From IMG/VR virus record IMGVR_UViG_3300033069_001639, positions 3,418-67,417 of that record: 64,000 nt of DNA, one strand, 5' to 3'. This DNA comes from a virus. Its lineage: Duplodnaviria > Caudoviricetes. Positions 38,337-47,671 of this stretch are shown in pieces. Numbering within the stretch: the first letter of the stretch is position 1; each line of letters starts with the position of its first letter. The notes beneath the pieces were generated by a model. That model did no database searches and was not told the origin of the DNA. It saw only the letters and a program-made list of their open reading frames with translations. A program made the translations under genes and the position numbers.

Positions 38337-38480
38337 CTACCCCAGCAATCTTTTTCGCAACAGTTCGCTGAACTTGTAGCCATACTTCTTGGCCTCGGCG
38401 AGCAACCACTTGCGCTCCGCCTTCGTCACGCGAACAACAATCAACACGGAGCGCCGTTCTGCGGCTTTTTTCTTGTTCAT
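38337..38480 (-). CDS. Ribbon-helix-helix-like small regulator (47 aa)
   Basis: IVVRVTKAERKWLLAEAKKYGYKFSELLRKRL. Confidence 0.6.
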   Translation of the reverse strand: MNKKKAAERRSVLIVVRVTKAERKWLLAEAKKYGYKFSELLRKRLLG

Positions 38481-38576
38481 TCGTGAAATGTATAACGTTT
38501 CGAAAGTCTGTCAATCGTTCGATTAGGGTTCTTCTAGGGTGCGATCTGGTGCGTTCTTAACGTGCGATTCGGCGGT

Positions 38577-38597
38577 AGTGCTTTTCTGAAAAGCACT
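38577..38597. promoter_or_regulatory. Perfect inverted repeat in the divergent intergenic region
   Basis: AGTGCTTTT-CTG-AAAAGCACT. Confidence 0.4.
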
Positions 38598-38740
38598 TAC
38601 GAACTCGGCTGGAGCGCAATCCCTGGCGGCAAATTTTTCTAAAAAAGCCGCTTACCTTTTCGGGGGGCAATAGCCGGAATCTTTTCCCGCCGCGTTTGAC
38701 AGGTGTCCCCGCGTTCGCAAAATGACCTGAGTCATCGGCA

Positions 38741-40318
38741 TTGCGGGCCAAGCAACTGCCAACCTTGGACGCATCTACTAACAACCCGACCGCTCAAGTC
38801 CCGGCCCCAACGCCGGACGAAAGCTATGAGCGATACACCATCCGCGCCCACAAAGCGCTGATGTCGTCGGTGCCGGATCCGGACGAACGCAATGCTTTGG
38901 TCTGGGGCACCTGGGATAAAGTTCGCGGCCAACGGCCCGAAGAAGCTGTCGCACTGAGCAAGTTTTCCGCTGATCGTTTCGAGCGGTCGGCTGGCCACTG
39001 CAATTTCACCGAACACGAAACCGTCGACCGTGACGGCAACCCGCGCAAGTACGGTCTTCGCGAATTGGCGACGATCGTGCGCGAGCATTCGAAACACGAG
39101 CGCAACGGTTACTTTCCCGCGGTCACCGCGCATCACACGCCGGATGATCCAGGTGGCAAGCAGCCCGACGTTCTCGGTTACAGCGGTTTGCAGCGGCTCG
39201 GCATGTTCGATCGAGACAATCCGAAGTGGGCGATTTTCTCGGACGAGTTTCATATTCCGGACGCCAAGGCGGAGCTTGCCCGAAAGCCGTACCGCTCTGT
39301 CGAGCTGCTCCGCTTTCGCGATGGCCGGATGAGATTTCATCCCGTTGCCGCAGTTGGCGCTGAGTCGCCGCGACTGCTGATGCCCACCAAATACACGCAA
39401 GGCAAATTCGACGAACTGAACGTCGAAGGGGCCGTGATTGAACGATACACCGTCGCCGCGGCCTTCCCCGGTGGCAGCAACACTTTTGTCAAAAAGCCGG
39501 TCAAGTATTCGACCGAAGGAGATTCGCAGATGCCCGAAGTCACCGAAATCATGGCAGCCCTGCAGGAAACTCCCCAATTCAAGTTTTTGACTCGGCTGAT
39601 GGAAGAGTTCGAAGCCGAACAGGCCGCAGCTGCGAATGGTGGCATGCCCGCCGCTGATCCGAACGCACCGCCCGCCGCGCCCGCGCCTGCACCTGGTGCA
39701 CCGCCGCCGGCCGCGCCCGCTGCTCCCGCAGCACCTGGCGATGATCTCGCCGATCTTCAAGATTTGCTGGGCCCTGAAGAACCTTCAAACCCCACTGCTC
39801 CGCCGCCCGCGGACAAGCCGCCGGAGAAAAATACCGTGGCTCACAATCCCAACGTCGTTTCGCTCCAGAAGTACAACGCCCTGCACGAATCGCATCAAAA
39901 GCTGATCGCGCAGACCGCCAAGCAGCACGGCCGCCTCGAAGCGCTGGAACGATCGGCAACCGATGCGAACCGCCGATCGAAGCTGACCGAACTCGCCGGC
40001 AAGTTCCCGGGCATCGTCGACGTCGACGAAGAGGCGAAGCTCTGCCTCTACTCGCTCGGCGCCCAGATGAGCGACGAACAATTCAATGCCCACGTCGGCA
40101 CGGTCGAGAAGTACGCCCAGCGGTTCGCCGATTCGCCGATGATCCCGCGCGGCGAGATGCCGGAACGCTACATCGCTCAAACCGACGCCGAGAAGTACGA
40201 AGAGCGATTGAGTCGCGAATCGATCAAGATTCACGGCGAAATCGTTCGCAAGGAAAATCGCCAACCGTCTTACGACGAATGCGAATCCGAAGCGAAGAAG
40301 CGGCTCGGGGCCAAGTAA
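38741..40318 (+). CDS. Prohead protease/scaffold (Mu I/Z-like)
   Basis: AHHTP...PYRSVE; Pro/Ala linker; internal SD plus ATG at 39530; true start may be TTG 38765. Confidence 0.65.
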   Translation: MRAKQLPTLDASTNNPTAQVPAPTPDESYERYTIRAHKALMSSVPDPDERNALVWGTWDKVRGQRPEEAVALSKFSADRFERSAGHCNFTEHETVDRDGNPRKYGLRELATIVREHSKHERNGYFPAVTAHHTPDDPGGKQPDVLGYSGLQRLGMFDRDNPKWAIFSDEFHIPDAKAELARKPYRSVELLRFRDGRMRFHPVAAVGAESPRLLMPTKYTQGKFDELNVEGAVIERYTVAAAFPGGSNTFVKKPVKYSTEGDSQMPEVTEIMAALQETPQFKFLTRLMEEFEAEQAAAANGGMPAADPNAPPAAPAPAPGAPPPAAPAAPAAPGDDLADLQDLLGPEEPSNPTAPPPADKPPEKNTVAHNPNVVSLQKYNALHESHQKLIAQTAKQHGRLEALERSATDANRRSKLTELAGKFPGIVDVDEEAKLCLYSLGAQMSDEQFNAHVGTVEKYAQRFADSPMIPRGEMPERYIAQTDAEKYEERLSRESIKIHGEIVRKENRQPSYDECESEAKKRLGAK

Positions 40319-40363
40319 ACCGAACACTGCCGGTTGTGGTGTGTAGCCCCAACTAGCGGAACC

Positions 40364-40405
40364 ATCACCGCCCGTCGACTTTGGCCCGCCGGCGGCGGTG
40401 ATTTT
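40364..40405 (+). terminator. Terminator-like hairpin
   Basis: ATCACCGCC/GGCGGTGAT followed by TTT. Confidence 0.55.
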
Positions 40406-40440
40406 ACAAATCATCAACGTTCCTTCACAGGATTTCAATC

Positions 40441-41166
40441 ATGCCCACCGAAAGCCCGTCGTTCGTCTACGGTGAAGACATCGCCCCCAGCTTGATCGTG
40501 AAGCGCAGCACGGCTGCGGATCACACCGTTCTCAAGTGCGGGTTCGGTGAACTGCCTTGCGGTGTCTCGCATGAAGGCAGCCGAGAGGCCCCGATTCCTG
40601 GCATCACGCCTTACGCCGCGCTTAGCGGTGAATCGGCTCGCGTTTACGGGCCTGGAGAAACTTGCGAAGTCGACGTCGGCACCGGTGTCGTTGTCACCGC
40701 TGGTTATCCGGTCATGGCCGATGCGAACAGCAAGGCCCGCCGCGGCATTCACGGCATGGGCTGCCTCGGCACCGCTGAAAAGACGGTCACGGGCCCCGCT
40801 CGTTGCCGCGTGCAGGTCCGCCCGCATGTGCACGACAACGGCGATCAATTCATTTCGGTTGCCAATGCAGATGGGCCGCGGACGGTCGTTGATTACGAAT
40901 CCGGTGCGTGCTTCGAAAACGCCGACGGTGCAGTTGAATTAGACTTGCCAGCCGCGGTGGTTGGCCTCGAATACCGCTTTCGCGTTGGCCATGCGTCGAA
41001 CCTGACCGTTGACCCCAACGGCACGGAAACGATCACCGGCACCGATGGCGTGCCGTTGGCTGGTGGCACTGCCCTGGCCGCCAATGCCGTCAACGAAACG
41101 CTGCACATCAAGTGCTTCGAAACTGGCGCTTGGACCGTGGTTGCATTCACTGGCACCTGGGCGTAA
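40441..41166 (+). CDS. Head decoration/capsid cement protein (putative)
   Basis: Position upstream of the capsid gene; DUF2190-like N-terminus. Confidence 0.55.
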   Translation: MPTESPSFVYGEDIAPSLIVKRSTAADHTVLKCGFGELPCGVSHEGSREAPIPGITPYAALSGESARVYGPGETCEVDVGTGVVVTAGYPVMADANSKARRGIHGMGCLGTAEKTVTGPARCRVQVRPHVHDNGDQFISVANADGPRTVVDYESGACFENADGAVELDLPAAVVGLEYRFRVGHASNLTVDPNGTETITGTDGVPLAGGTALAANAVNETLHIKCFETGAWTVVAFTGTWA

Positions 41167-41253
41167 TCCGCAAACCTTTACCCTTCACCAAACCGCGTCA
41201 ATTTTCAATTCGAACGCTTCTCGGCAGCGGGCCGCTGAGACGAGGAGCAAATC

Positions 41254-42312
41254 ATGGCTGCAGGAACCGCTGTCCTTCCCGGTGGATCAAACACCTACGT
41301 CCGAAACCACAAGGCCACCGGGAACCTTGTGATCGCGTTCTCGCGAAATCCGAATGACTTCGCGTTCAACCGGTACGCTCAGTACAAAACGGTGACCGAG
41401 GATTCCGGCTTCTATCTGCGGATCACGGCTGAAAACGCCGCGCGGGTGGTTGGCGGGAACCTGAACGAATTCGTTTGGCCCGACGGCGCCGATGCCCCGC
41501 GCCGCAACAGCGGAACGGAATCGTTCAAGTTCGTCGACTACCGCACTCAGCGATACGCCCCGGACTTCACGCTTGGCTACAAGTCGGTGAAGCAAGCTGG
41601 CTGGGACATCCTCGGTGTCGAGCAGGCCTTCCACATCCAGCAGGCCATGACGATTCGCGGTGTCAAGATCGCGAACGCGATGCAAACCACGGGCAACTGG
41701 GATGCGTCCCACAAGATCGATGCCACCACGATCACCGGTGTTACCGATTCGTGGGAATTGTCGACGACACAGCGAGCGGACATCAAGAAGTCGCTGAACT
41801 ATGCCCGCAAGATCATTCACCAGGACACGCTGGGTGTGGTCAAGCGGAAAGATGCAAAGTTGGTGATGAACCCGAATACCGCGATGCGGATCGGTGAATC
41901 GCAAGAAATCATCGACTACATCAAGCGGACCCCGGACGCCTTCAAGGCAGTCCAAGGCCAACTCGACGGGATGAACGAAGAGTGGGGCATGCCCAACACG
42001 CTCTACGGAATGCCGGTCGAAGTCGATGATACCGTCGTGGTTACGACCGCTCGCGGTGCCACGACAGCCACGAAGTCCTACACGTTCGCCGATGGCAATG
42101 TGTTCATCACATCGCAGCCTGGCGGTCTCGACGCCAATGCGGTCAAGGGACCGAGTTTCTCGACGATCACGGTCTTCTTCTACGAAGAATTGACCGTCGA
42201 AACGAAGGACGATCCCGATAACCGCCGCCACAACGGCCGAGTTGTCGACGATCTCGACGTCGCGGTGACCGCTCCGGCCTCCGGCTTCTGGTTCACGAAC
42301 ACGATCGAATAA
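41254..42312 (+). CDS. Major capsid protein
   Basis: Size (352 aa), position, strong SD GAGGAG, biased codon use. Confidence 0.75.
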   Translation: MAAGTAVLPGGSNTYVRNHKATGNLVIAFSRNPNDFAFNRYAQYKTVTEDSGFYLRITAENAARVVGGNLNEFVWPDGADAPRRNSGTESFKFVDYRTQRYAPDFTLGYKSVKQAGWDILGVEQAFHIQQAMTIRGVKIANAMQTTGNWDASHKIDATTITGVTDSWELSTTQRADIKKSLNYARKIIHQDTLGVVKRKDAKLVMNPNTAMRIGESQEIIDYIKRTPDAFKAVQGQLDGMNEEWGMPNTLYGMPVEVDDTVVVTTARGATTATKSYTFADGNVFITSQPGGLDANAVKGPSFSTITVFFYEELTVETKDDPDNRRHNGRVVDDLDVAVTAPASGFWFTNTIE

Positions 42313-42325
42313 TCGCGAGGGACCA

Positions 42326-42862
42326 ATGGCCCTTGCGACGGCTACCGATCTCATCACCCGGTGTGATACCCAACTCGTCGGCGACTTGATCACCGACGAC
42401 GATCCGGACACCGGGCGACGTAAACAACCGACGCGAGACGAGATTCTCGCGGATTCGGTTGTGAGCACGCACCTCGACGACGCGCATGCGTTGTTCCTGG
42501 CCGCGGTGAGAGTCGGCAACCGTTACACGACAGCGCAAATCGAAAGTGCGACCGGCGCTGCAGCCAACTACATCAAGCGAATTGAGTGCGACCTCTGCGT
42601 GCAACTGCTGTTTCAGCGGCGGCCGGACAAGGCGAACTCGGAGATCGCAAAGCAGTACGAAGACAGGGTCGACAAGCATTTGAAGGCCCTGCGAGCCGGC
42701 GAAGAGATCATCGGGTTGGCAGACAACACCGATGCCGATGCCGGCCTGATGGATACCGATGGCCCAACGGCCCTTGATTTACAAGACCGAAACCTGATCG
42801 ATGAACGCATGCACCGCTATTTTCCAAGCGGGTCGCAGCGTTTGCCGCTCAGCCGAAGATAA
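42326..42862 (+). CDS. Head-tail adaptor (Mu gp36/DUF1320-like)
   Basis: YIKRIECDLC..LLFQRR...HLKALRAG. Confidence 0.7.
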   Translation: MALATATDLITRCDTQLVGDLITDDDPDTGRRKQPTRDEILADSVVSTHLDDAHALFLAAVRVGNRYTTAQIESATGAAANYIKRIECDLCVQLLFQRRPDKANSEIAKQYEDRVDKHLKALRAGEEIIGLADNTDADAGLMDTDGPTALDLQDRNLIDERMHRYFPSGSQRLPLSRR

Positions 42863-42874
42863 ACGAGGTGACCG

Positions 42875-43399
42875 ATGCCATTCGCTCCCGTCCATTTCAA
42901 ATCCGGTCCCTGCGTCGCCAACTTTGGTGCGGACGTCAACACCCTGGTTCAACTCGGTTTCTCCGAAAACGGGTTCAACGGCATCATTCAGCCGTTCTTT
43001 GACGAAGTGAAGTCCGACGATAACGGCGGTCTCCGCGGTCCGCCTTCGGATGCCCAATTGCTCGGAGCGATCGGGATCATCGACGGCGACTTCACGAAAT
43101 ACGTCAAGGCGGAGCTCGACAAGCTGAGTTCGTTCAAGCGCGGCGGTACCGCTGGCGTCTTGCCGCCCGTTGGCAGTTTCGTGCGCCAAGACGGGCTCGG
43201 TGGCGTGCTGCGACTCACCGGCATCCACGAAACGATCACGTTCGGCTTCGCGTTCGTTCGCCGCAACTTCGAATTCAACTCTGGCACTCCGTACCGCAAA
43301 TACAAAGTTGGTTGGGAATGCTGGATGAGCCAGGCCGATTACAGCCTGATCTCGCAGGCTCAAAACCGCACACTCTTCACGCTCACAACGCCGTCATAA
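42875..43399 (+). CDS. Putative tail tube/completion protein
   Basis: Position; beta-rich; SD GAGG. Confidence 0.5.
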   Translation: MPFAPVHFKSGPCVANFGADVNTLVQLGFSENGFNGIIQPFFDEVKSDDNGGLRGPPSDAQLLGAIGIIDGDFTKYVKAELDKLSSFKRGGTAGVLPPVGSFVRQDGLGGVLRLTGIHETITFGFAFVRRNFEFNSGTPYRKYKVGWECWMSQADYSLISQAQNRTLFTLTTPS

Positions 43400-43412
43400 C
43401 GCGAGGCTCGCG

Positions 43413-43799
43413 ATGTCGTATTCACACGTTTTTGACTTTTCGGTGCAGACGCCGTCGGGCCAGATCACGACGCAGCGGACCTATACCGGAACGGGCCATG
43501 CCGCGATTGCCGAGGCGATCGCGGACGGCCAGACCGCGAAGCAGATCAACATCGCAATTGATGTCAGCGCGCTGAAATCGATCGTCATCAAGAGCGATCA
43601 GAACATCACGATCAAAACCAACAGCAGCGGCAGCCCTGATGACACGCTCACGATCGAGGCGAACAAGGAATACTCGTGGAATGAGGATTCTCTCGATACC
43701 TGCCAGCTTGGCACCGATGTAACCACGATCTTCATCGCCAACGCCAGCGGCTCCGAAGCCACCCTCACGATCGACGCTATTCAAGACGCCACCCCGTAA
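43413..43799 (+). CDS. Putative virion protein
   Basis: Thr/Ile beta-rich. Confidence 0.55.
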   Translation: MSYSHVFDFSVQTPSGQITTQRTYTGTGHAAIAEAIADGQTAKQINIAIDVSALKSIVIKSDQNITIKTNSSGSPDDTLTIEANKEYSWNEDSLDTCQLGTDVTTIFIANASGSEATLTIDAIQDATP

Positions 43800-44317
43800 T
43801 GCTCAAATTCTTCGCCTGGCTCCGCTCCCTGTTCATCGTCCGCAAAGCGGAGCGGGATTTGTTCGCCTATTTCGATGGCGAGAAGACGCGGAACATCGAT
43901 CCGCTGGTTGCCTGGCGCGGGATCTGGGGGCACCGGGAAATCGATCTCAGCAGTGAGGTCAAGATCTCGGCGAACCTCACTCTGGCCGATGGAAAAACGG
44001 CCTACACGCCCGAAGAGGTCTATGCCGCCGAAGATCGAATTCGGCAACTGACCCGCGAAGTATTCGACTTGAAGGCGTGGAGCGAAACCGCCCCCGGGCT
44101 GACTGTCGCGGAGACCGACGAGGTGCTCGCCAACTTCCTCGACTACATGGAAGGTCTCAAAAAAAAACGCAAGACCTTGCCGATGACGTCGCGACCTTCG
44201 GATTCGAGGCCGCAGCTCGACTCCATGGCTTCAGCAGCCGCTGCCCCTATCACATCGCCATCGGGCTCTGGCTCCACCGAGAACGAATCGAGCGCAGACG
44301 CGCTTTCTGGCTCGTAG
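43799..44317 (+). CDS. Tail assembly chaperone (gpG-like)
   Basis: A9 slippery run in frame at 44159-44167; upstream of the tape-measure gene. Confidence 0.7.
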   Translation: MLKFFAWLRSLFIVRKAERDLFAYFDGEKTRNIDPLVAWRGIWGHREIDLSSEVKISANLTLADGKTAYTPEEVYAAEDRIRQLTREVFDLKAWSETAPGLTVAETDEVLANFLDYMEGLKKKRKTLPMTSRPSDSRPQLDSMASAAAAPITSPSGSGSTENESSADALSGS

Positions 44318-44454
44318 CAGCAATCAAGGGAGCGCTCAGCCCCACACTGTCGCTGGAGTGGTATCAGGCCCTCGCAAGCTATCCGGAGGAAGCGCTCGCA
44401 AATTACAACGCTGCCGTCGCTGAACAACAGGACGCAGCTCATCCGCTGAGGTAA
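44159..44454 (+). CDS. -1 frameshift extension (gpGT-like)
   Basis: -1 frame is open from the A9 run to TAA at 44454, 4 nt before the next gene. Confidence 0.7.
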
Positions 44455-44458
44455 TCCG

Positions 44459-45796
44459 ATGCTCCAAGCACTTGCCGCACTTCTGCCGTTGGTTGAATCG
44501 CTCGGTGCCTCTGGCGTCGCCGCTGGTTCAACGGCCGCAGCAACCGGATCCGCAGCAGGCACGGCGGCAGCAGGCACAGCCGGAGGTCTCGGCGCCAACT
44601 TCACCAGCATCGTCAATAAGGTGATGGGGACCGTTGAAGGCTTTAAGTCGCCGCAGCAGCTCGGCGAAGGGATTCAGCAAGCGCAGCAGCTAGCCGATGT
44701 GATCGCTGGCCTGAAGCAATCGATTGGCAAGACCGACGACAAGCAGGCCGAGATGATCTCCTCGGCGAAGGGGCGGCCTGGCGAAGTCGACCCATATACC
44801 GGCGCCCGAGGCGCAGCCACGCCGGACCGGTCGCAGGATCCTGCACACCTGCAGGCATTGGCCGAGATTCAGCAGCAACGCGCAGCCTTCGAAAAAGAAG
44901 CGAAGGCCAAAAACGCCCAACTCGTCGACCTGCATGCCCGCATCAGCCAAACGACAAACCCGCGCAGCCCGATTCAAACGCTCGGCAATCTCGGCGGCAT
45001 CGCAGCCGGCGGCGGCATGCTCGGTCAAATGATGGGTCTCTTCGGTGGCGGCAAGGGTGGCGACAGCGGAACGCAGGGCGGGAGCCAACTCGCGCATCAA
45101 CTCGCGAACGCGCCTCGCAATTCCCTCCCCGGCCCGTTGGCTGGTCTTGCGAACTGGATCCCCGGCATGAAGCTGGGGCAGAACACCGCGCAAACCTTCC
45201 TGCAGCCGGCTACTGACCTCGGCATGAACTCGGCCGAACGCAATGTTGCCGGTGGCGCCACGCAGTTCGGAACCGATCTGGCCAGCAAAACGCTGAACCC
45301 GTTCGCGATGATGCGCGGCGAAACGATGACTCATCTCGCGAAACTGCCGGGCCTGCTTGCGGAATGGGGAGAGGGGCTGGTCGAGAGCAAAAAGCACCTG
45401 ATGCAGTTCAACGGCACGCTGGCGGCCGCTTTCCTCGAGGCGGAACGCCGCGGGCTGATCAGAAACATTCAAAGCGGAGAGCGGACCAGCGGGGCAACCG
45501 CAGGGCTGAGCGATGCGCTGCAGGACCTGCAGGATACCGTTCAGCCGATTAAGGATACGGTTACGATCGTGATGGCGCGGGGAGTGGAGTCGCTTGTGCG
45601 CGGAGTTGACGAAGCAGTCAAAGTGCTAAAGCAAGGGTTTGATTTGTGGAAGAAACTAGACTGGCGAATTGAATTCCTGCAGAGATTTGTTGACCGGATG
45701 GGACAGGGACAACAGAACGACACCGGCCTGATGAATTTTCTTAAAGACATCAACGAGCGAGACATCACGCAGCCGCGCCGGATTCCGCGCCGATAG
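44459..45796 (+). CDS. Tape-measure-like protein (short)
   Basis: Ala/Gly/Gln-rich helical; follows the G/GT pair. Confidence 0.6.
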   Translation: MLQALAALLPLVESLGASGVAAGSTAAATGSAAGTAAAGTAGGLGANFTSIVNKVMGTVEGFKSPQQLGEGIQQAQQLADVIAGLKQSIGKTDDKQAEMISSAKGRPGEVDPYTGARGAATPDRSQDPAHLQALAEIQQQRAAFEKEAKAKNAQLVDLHARISQTTNPRSPIQTLGNLGGIAAGGGMLGQMMGLFGGGKGGDSGTQGGSQLAHQLANAPRNSLPGPLAGLANWIPGMKLGQNTAQTFLQPATDLGMNSAERNVAGGATQFGTDLASKTLNPFAMMRGETMTHLAKLPGLLAEWGEGLVESKKHLMQFNGTLAAAFLEAERRGLIRNIQSGERTSGATAGLSDALQDLQDTVQPIKDTVTIVMARGVESLVRGVDEAVKVLKQGFDLWKKLDWRIEFLQRFVDRMGQGQQNDTGLMNFLKDINERDITQPRRIPRR

Positions 45797-45868
45797 CTCC
45801 CAACCATCGGGGGGCAATGGCCGTTTTCTTTCCAGGCCGGTTTTGACGCCTGCCCACTCTCCCGGACA

Positions 45869-47671
45869 ATGCCCAATGCACCCGCGGGCCAGCGGTCATC
45901 GTCTGTGCAGACAAGGATTTCCTACAACTCGGTCACAATTCTCGATGTCCTGACGGACGGGATTTCGCACGTACCGGAATATGAATCCGGCGTTCATCAA
46001 GTCGGCGTGCGCGTGCGGGCCAGTTTCACCGGCAATGTTCACACCAGCAACCAAGACTTGCACGGGAAGCGCTCGCCGCGGGCCGCGCTTGGCGATGGTC
46101 TCAATGTGCTGCTGAAGGACCTGACAATCGGGCGACGGCCGTTCCTGTTGACGATCGGAACATCGGTGGTTTACGACGTGCGACCCGGGGCGGTGGCACC
46201 TAACGCACCGAGAGGCGCGGTAACGGCCGACTTGGAGAAGATGGACATCGACAACGGGCCAAAGCCTCAAGTCGAAATTCTCAAGATCACATCGGGAACG
46301 TCGGCCACAATCCGGTTCACGATCGAATTCGTCGTTCCGAATTGCGGCGGCGGGTATGCAAAGAACACCACGGGCCTGGTCAATTTCCATTTCTGGATCG
46401 CGGAAGACATCGACTGCAGGACCTGGCTGACAACGCGAACCTATACCGGCCGCCTGCGCGTGGCTCACAAGGGCATTTCGGCCCAATCTCTGGCGCGACA
46501 AATCGCGATCCCACCGCAGCAGCGAGGGGTCAAGAGAAGCGTTGCGCAACTTGCCGAATCGGAAGATGGCCTGCATCTCGATTTCACGGTTGTCGACCAA
46601 GAGATCATTGCCGCTCCGCCCTGGAGCCCGAATGGAAAATACGGTGCTGTTGAATGGGATGGTATCCATCAGATGTCCACGCAAGCCGGTGGAGCGGTCA
46701 CGGTTTCTGATATCACCCTTCGGCTGGTAGGCCCTAAGGGCACTTCTAAGGAAGACTTATTTACGCTCGCCCTGCGTGTCGTGGAGGCGAAAACACACTT
46801 CTTTGCATTGCTCAAAAACAACAACAGCGTCTACCTTGAACACTTCGGCATGAAGGATGTCCTCAAAGACAACGACATTGAAGTCGGTCTGCGAATGAGG
46901 TACACGGGCAGCGAATCGTATGCCCTTGCCATCTGGGGCCTCGGCGGCCGTTTCGATATGGGGAAGCCAATCGGTGATCTTGGTATTGGCTTCGACGATC
47001 AAGTCGCTTTCCAGCCCGGTCAATCGGCAACGCTCACCGGTCTGTTTCTTTCCGTGCTGCAGACGCCATGCGCGCCGGCAACCATGCCTCAGATTAGAGA
47101 CACACCAGTCAAGGAATACGAGCCGAAGTACAAGCCAGGCGCAAAGAAAATTGAGCCAGAAGGGGCAGTTGAAAAGTATCCCGCGGAGCAACCATCCCCC
47201 GGCCATCTTTCAGCAATGTATCTCGATTATGCGATCGAGTCCGATCTTATCGTGAATAGCGGCAAACTCGCACTGCCGACCGGTGCCGCCAGTAATAGCA
47301 ACTCTCCGTCCCTCGCCGTGATTCAACTCTACCGCCCGACCGCGATGCGAGAGATCCGCCTTGAAGCAACTCGCGTTGGGAAGCCGCCGGAACTGCCGGC
47401 CCCAAACACAAACTTCACTGACAGCAATGGCATCGTTCACACGCAGATCGGTGACGCCAACATCGTTCCGACGGTTCCGCAGCTTTCCGCCGATGCTCGC
47501 CGGCTGCTTTACGGCGCCAGCATGCAGATCCGCTACGCGATGTCACGGCCACCGCGGATTGGTGAGTCCGTTTCGATCGGCTGCCTGCCCTATCGAACAT
47601 CGTCGCCAGGCGATTCATCGCGGCGCCTTCCCGCAGACATCTTCGTGAACCCAGCCAAACTTTTGACATGA
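45869..47671 (+). CDS. Putative tail protein
   Basis: Long ORF after tape measure; start may be GTG 45905. Confidence 0.6.
   Translation: MPNAPAGQRSSSVQTRISYNSVTILDVLTDGISHVPEYESGVHQVGVRVRASFTGNVHTSNQDLHGKRSPRAALGDGLNVLLKDLTIGRRPFLLTIGTSVVYDVRPGAVAPNAPRGAVTADLEKMDIDNGPKPQVEILKITSGTSATIRFTIEFVVPNCGGGYAKNTTGLVNFHFWIAEDIDCRTWLTTRTYTGRLRVAHKGISAQSLARQIAIPPQQRGVKRSVAQLAESEDGLHLDFTVVDQEIIAAPPWSPNGKYGAVEWDGIHQMSTQAGGAVTVSDITLRLVGPKGTSKEDLFTLALRVVEAKTHFFALLKNNNSVYLEHFGMKDVLKDNDIEVGLRMRYTGSESYALAIWGLGGRFDMGKPIGDLGIGFDDQVAFQPGQSATLTGLFLSVLQTPCAPATMPQIRDTPVKEYEPKYKPGAKKIEPEGAVEKYPAEQPSPGHLSAMYLDYAIESDLIVNSGKLALPTGAASNSNSPSLAVIQLYRPTAMREIRLEATRVGKPPELPAPNTNFTDSNGIVHTQIGDANIVPTVPQLSADARRLLYGASMQIRYAMSRPPRIGESVSIGCLPYRTSSPGDSSRRLPADIFVNPAKLLT

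Noticed and set aside
38696-38723. TTGACA promoter for the head operon
   Set aside because: The -10 box (CAAAAT) lacks the conserved first T; too weak to call
41287-42519. 410-aa minus-strand ORF; similar long antisense ORFs at 515-1330, 17735-19006, 34113-35222, 38732-39760 and 51997-52968
   Set aside because: All lie opposite well-supported, codon-biased genes and lack an SD or any motif
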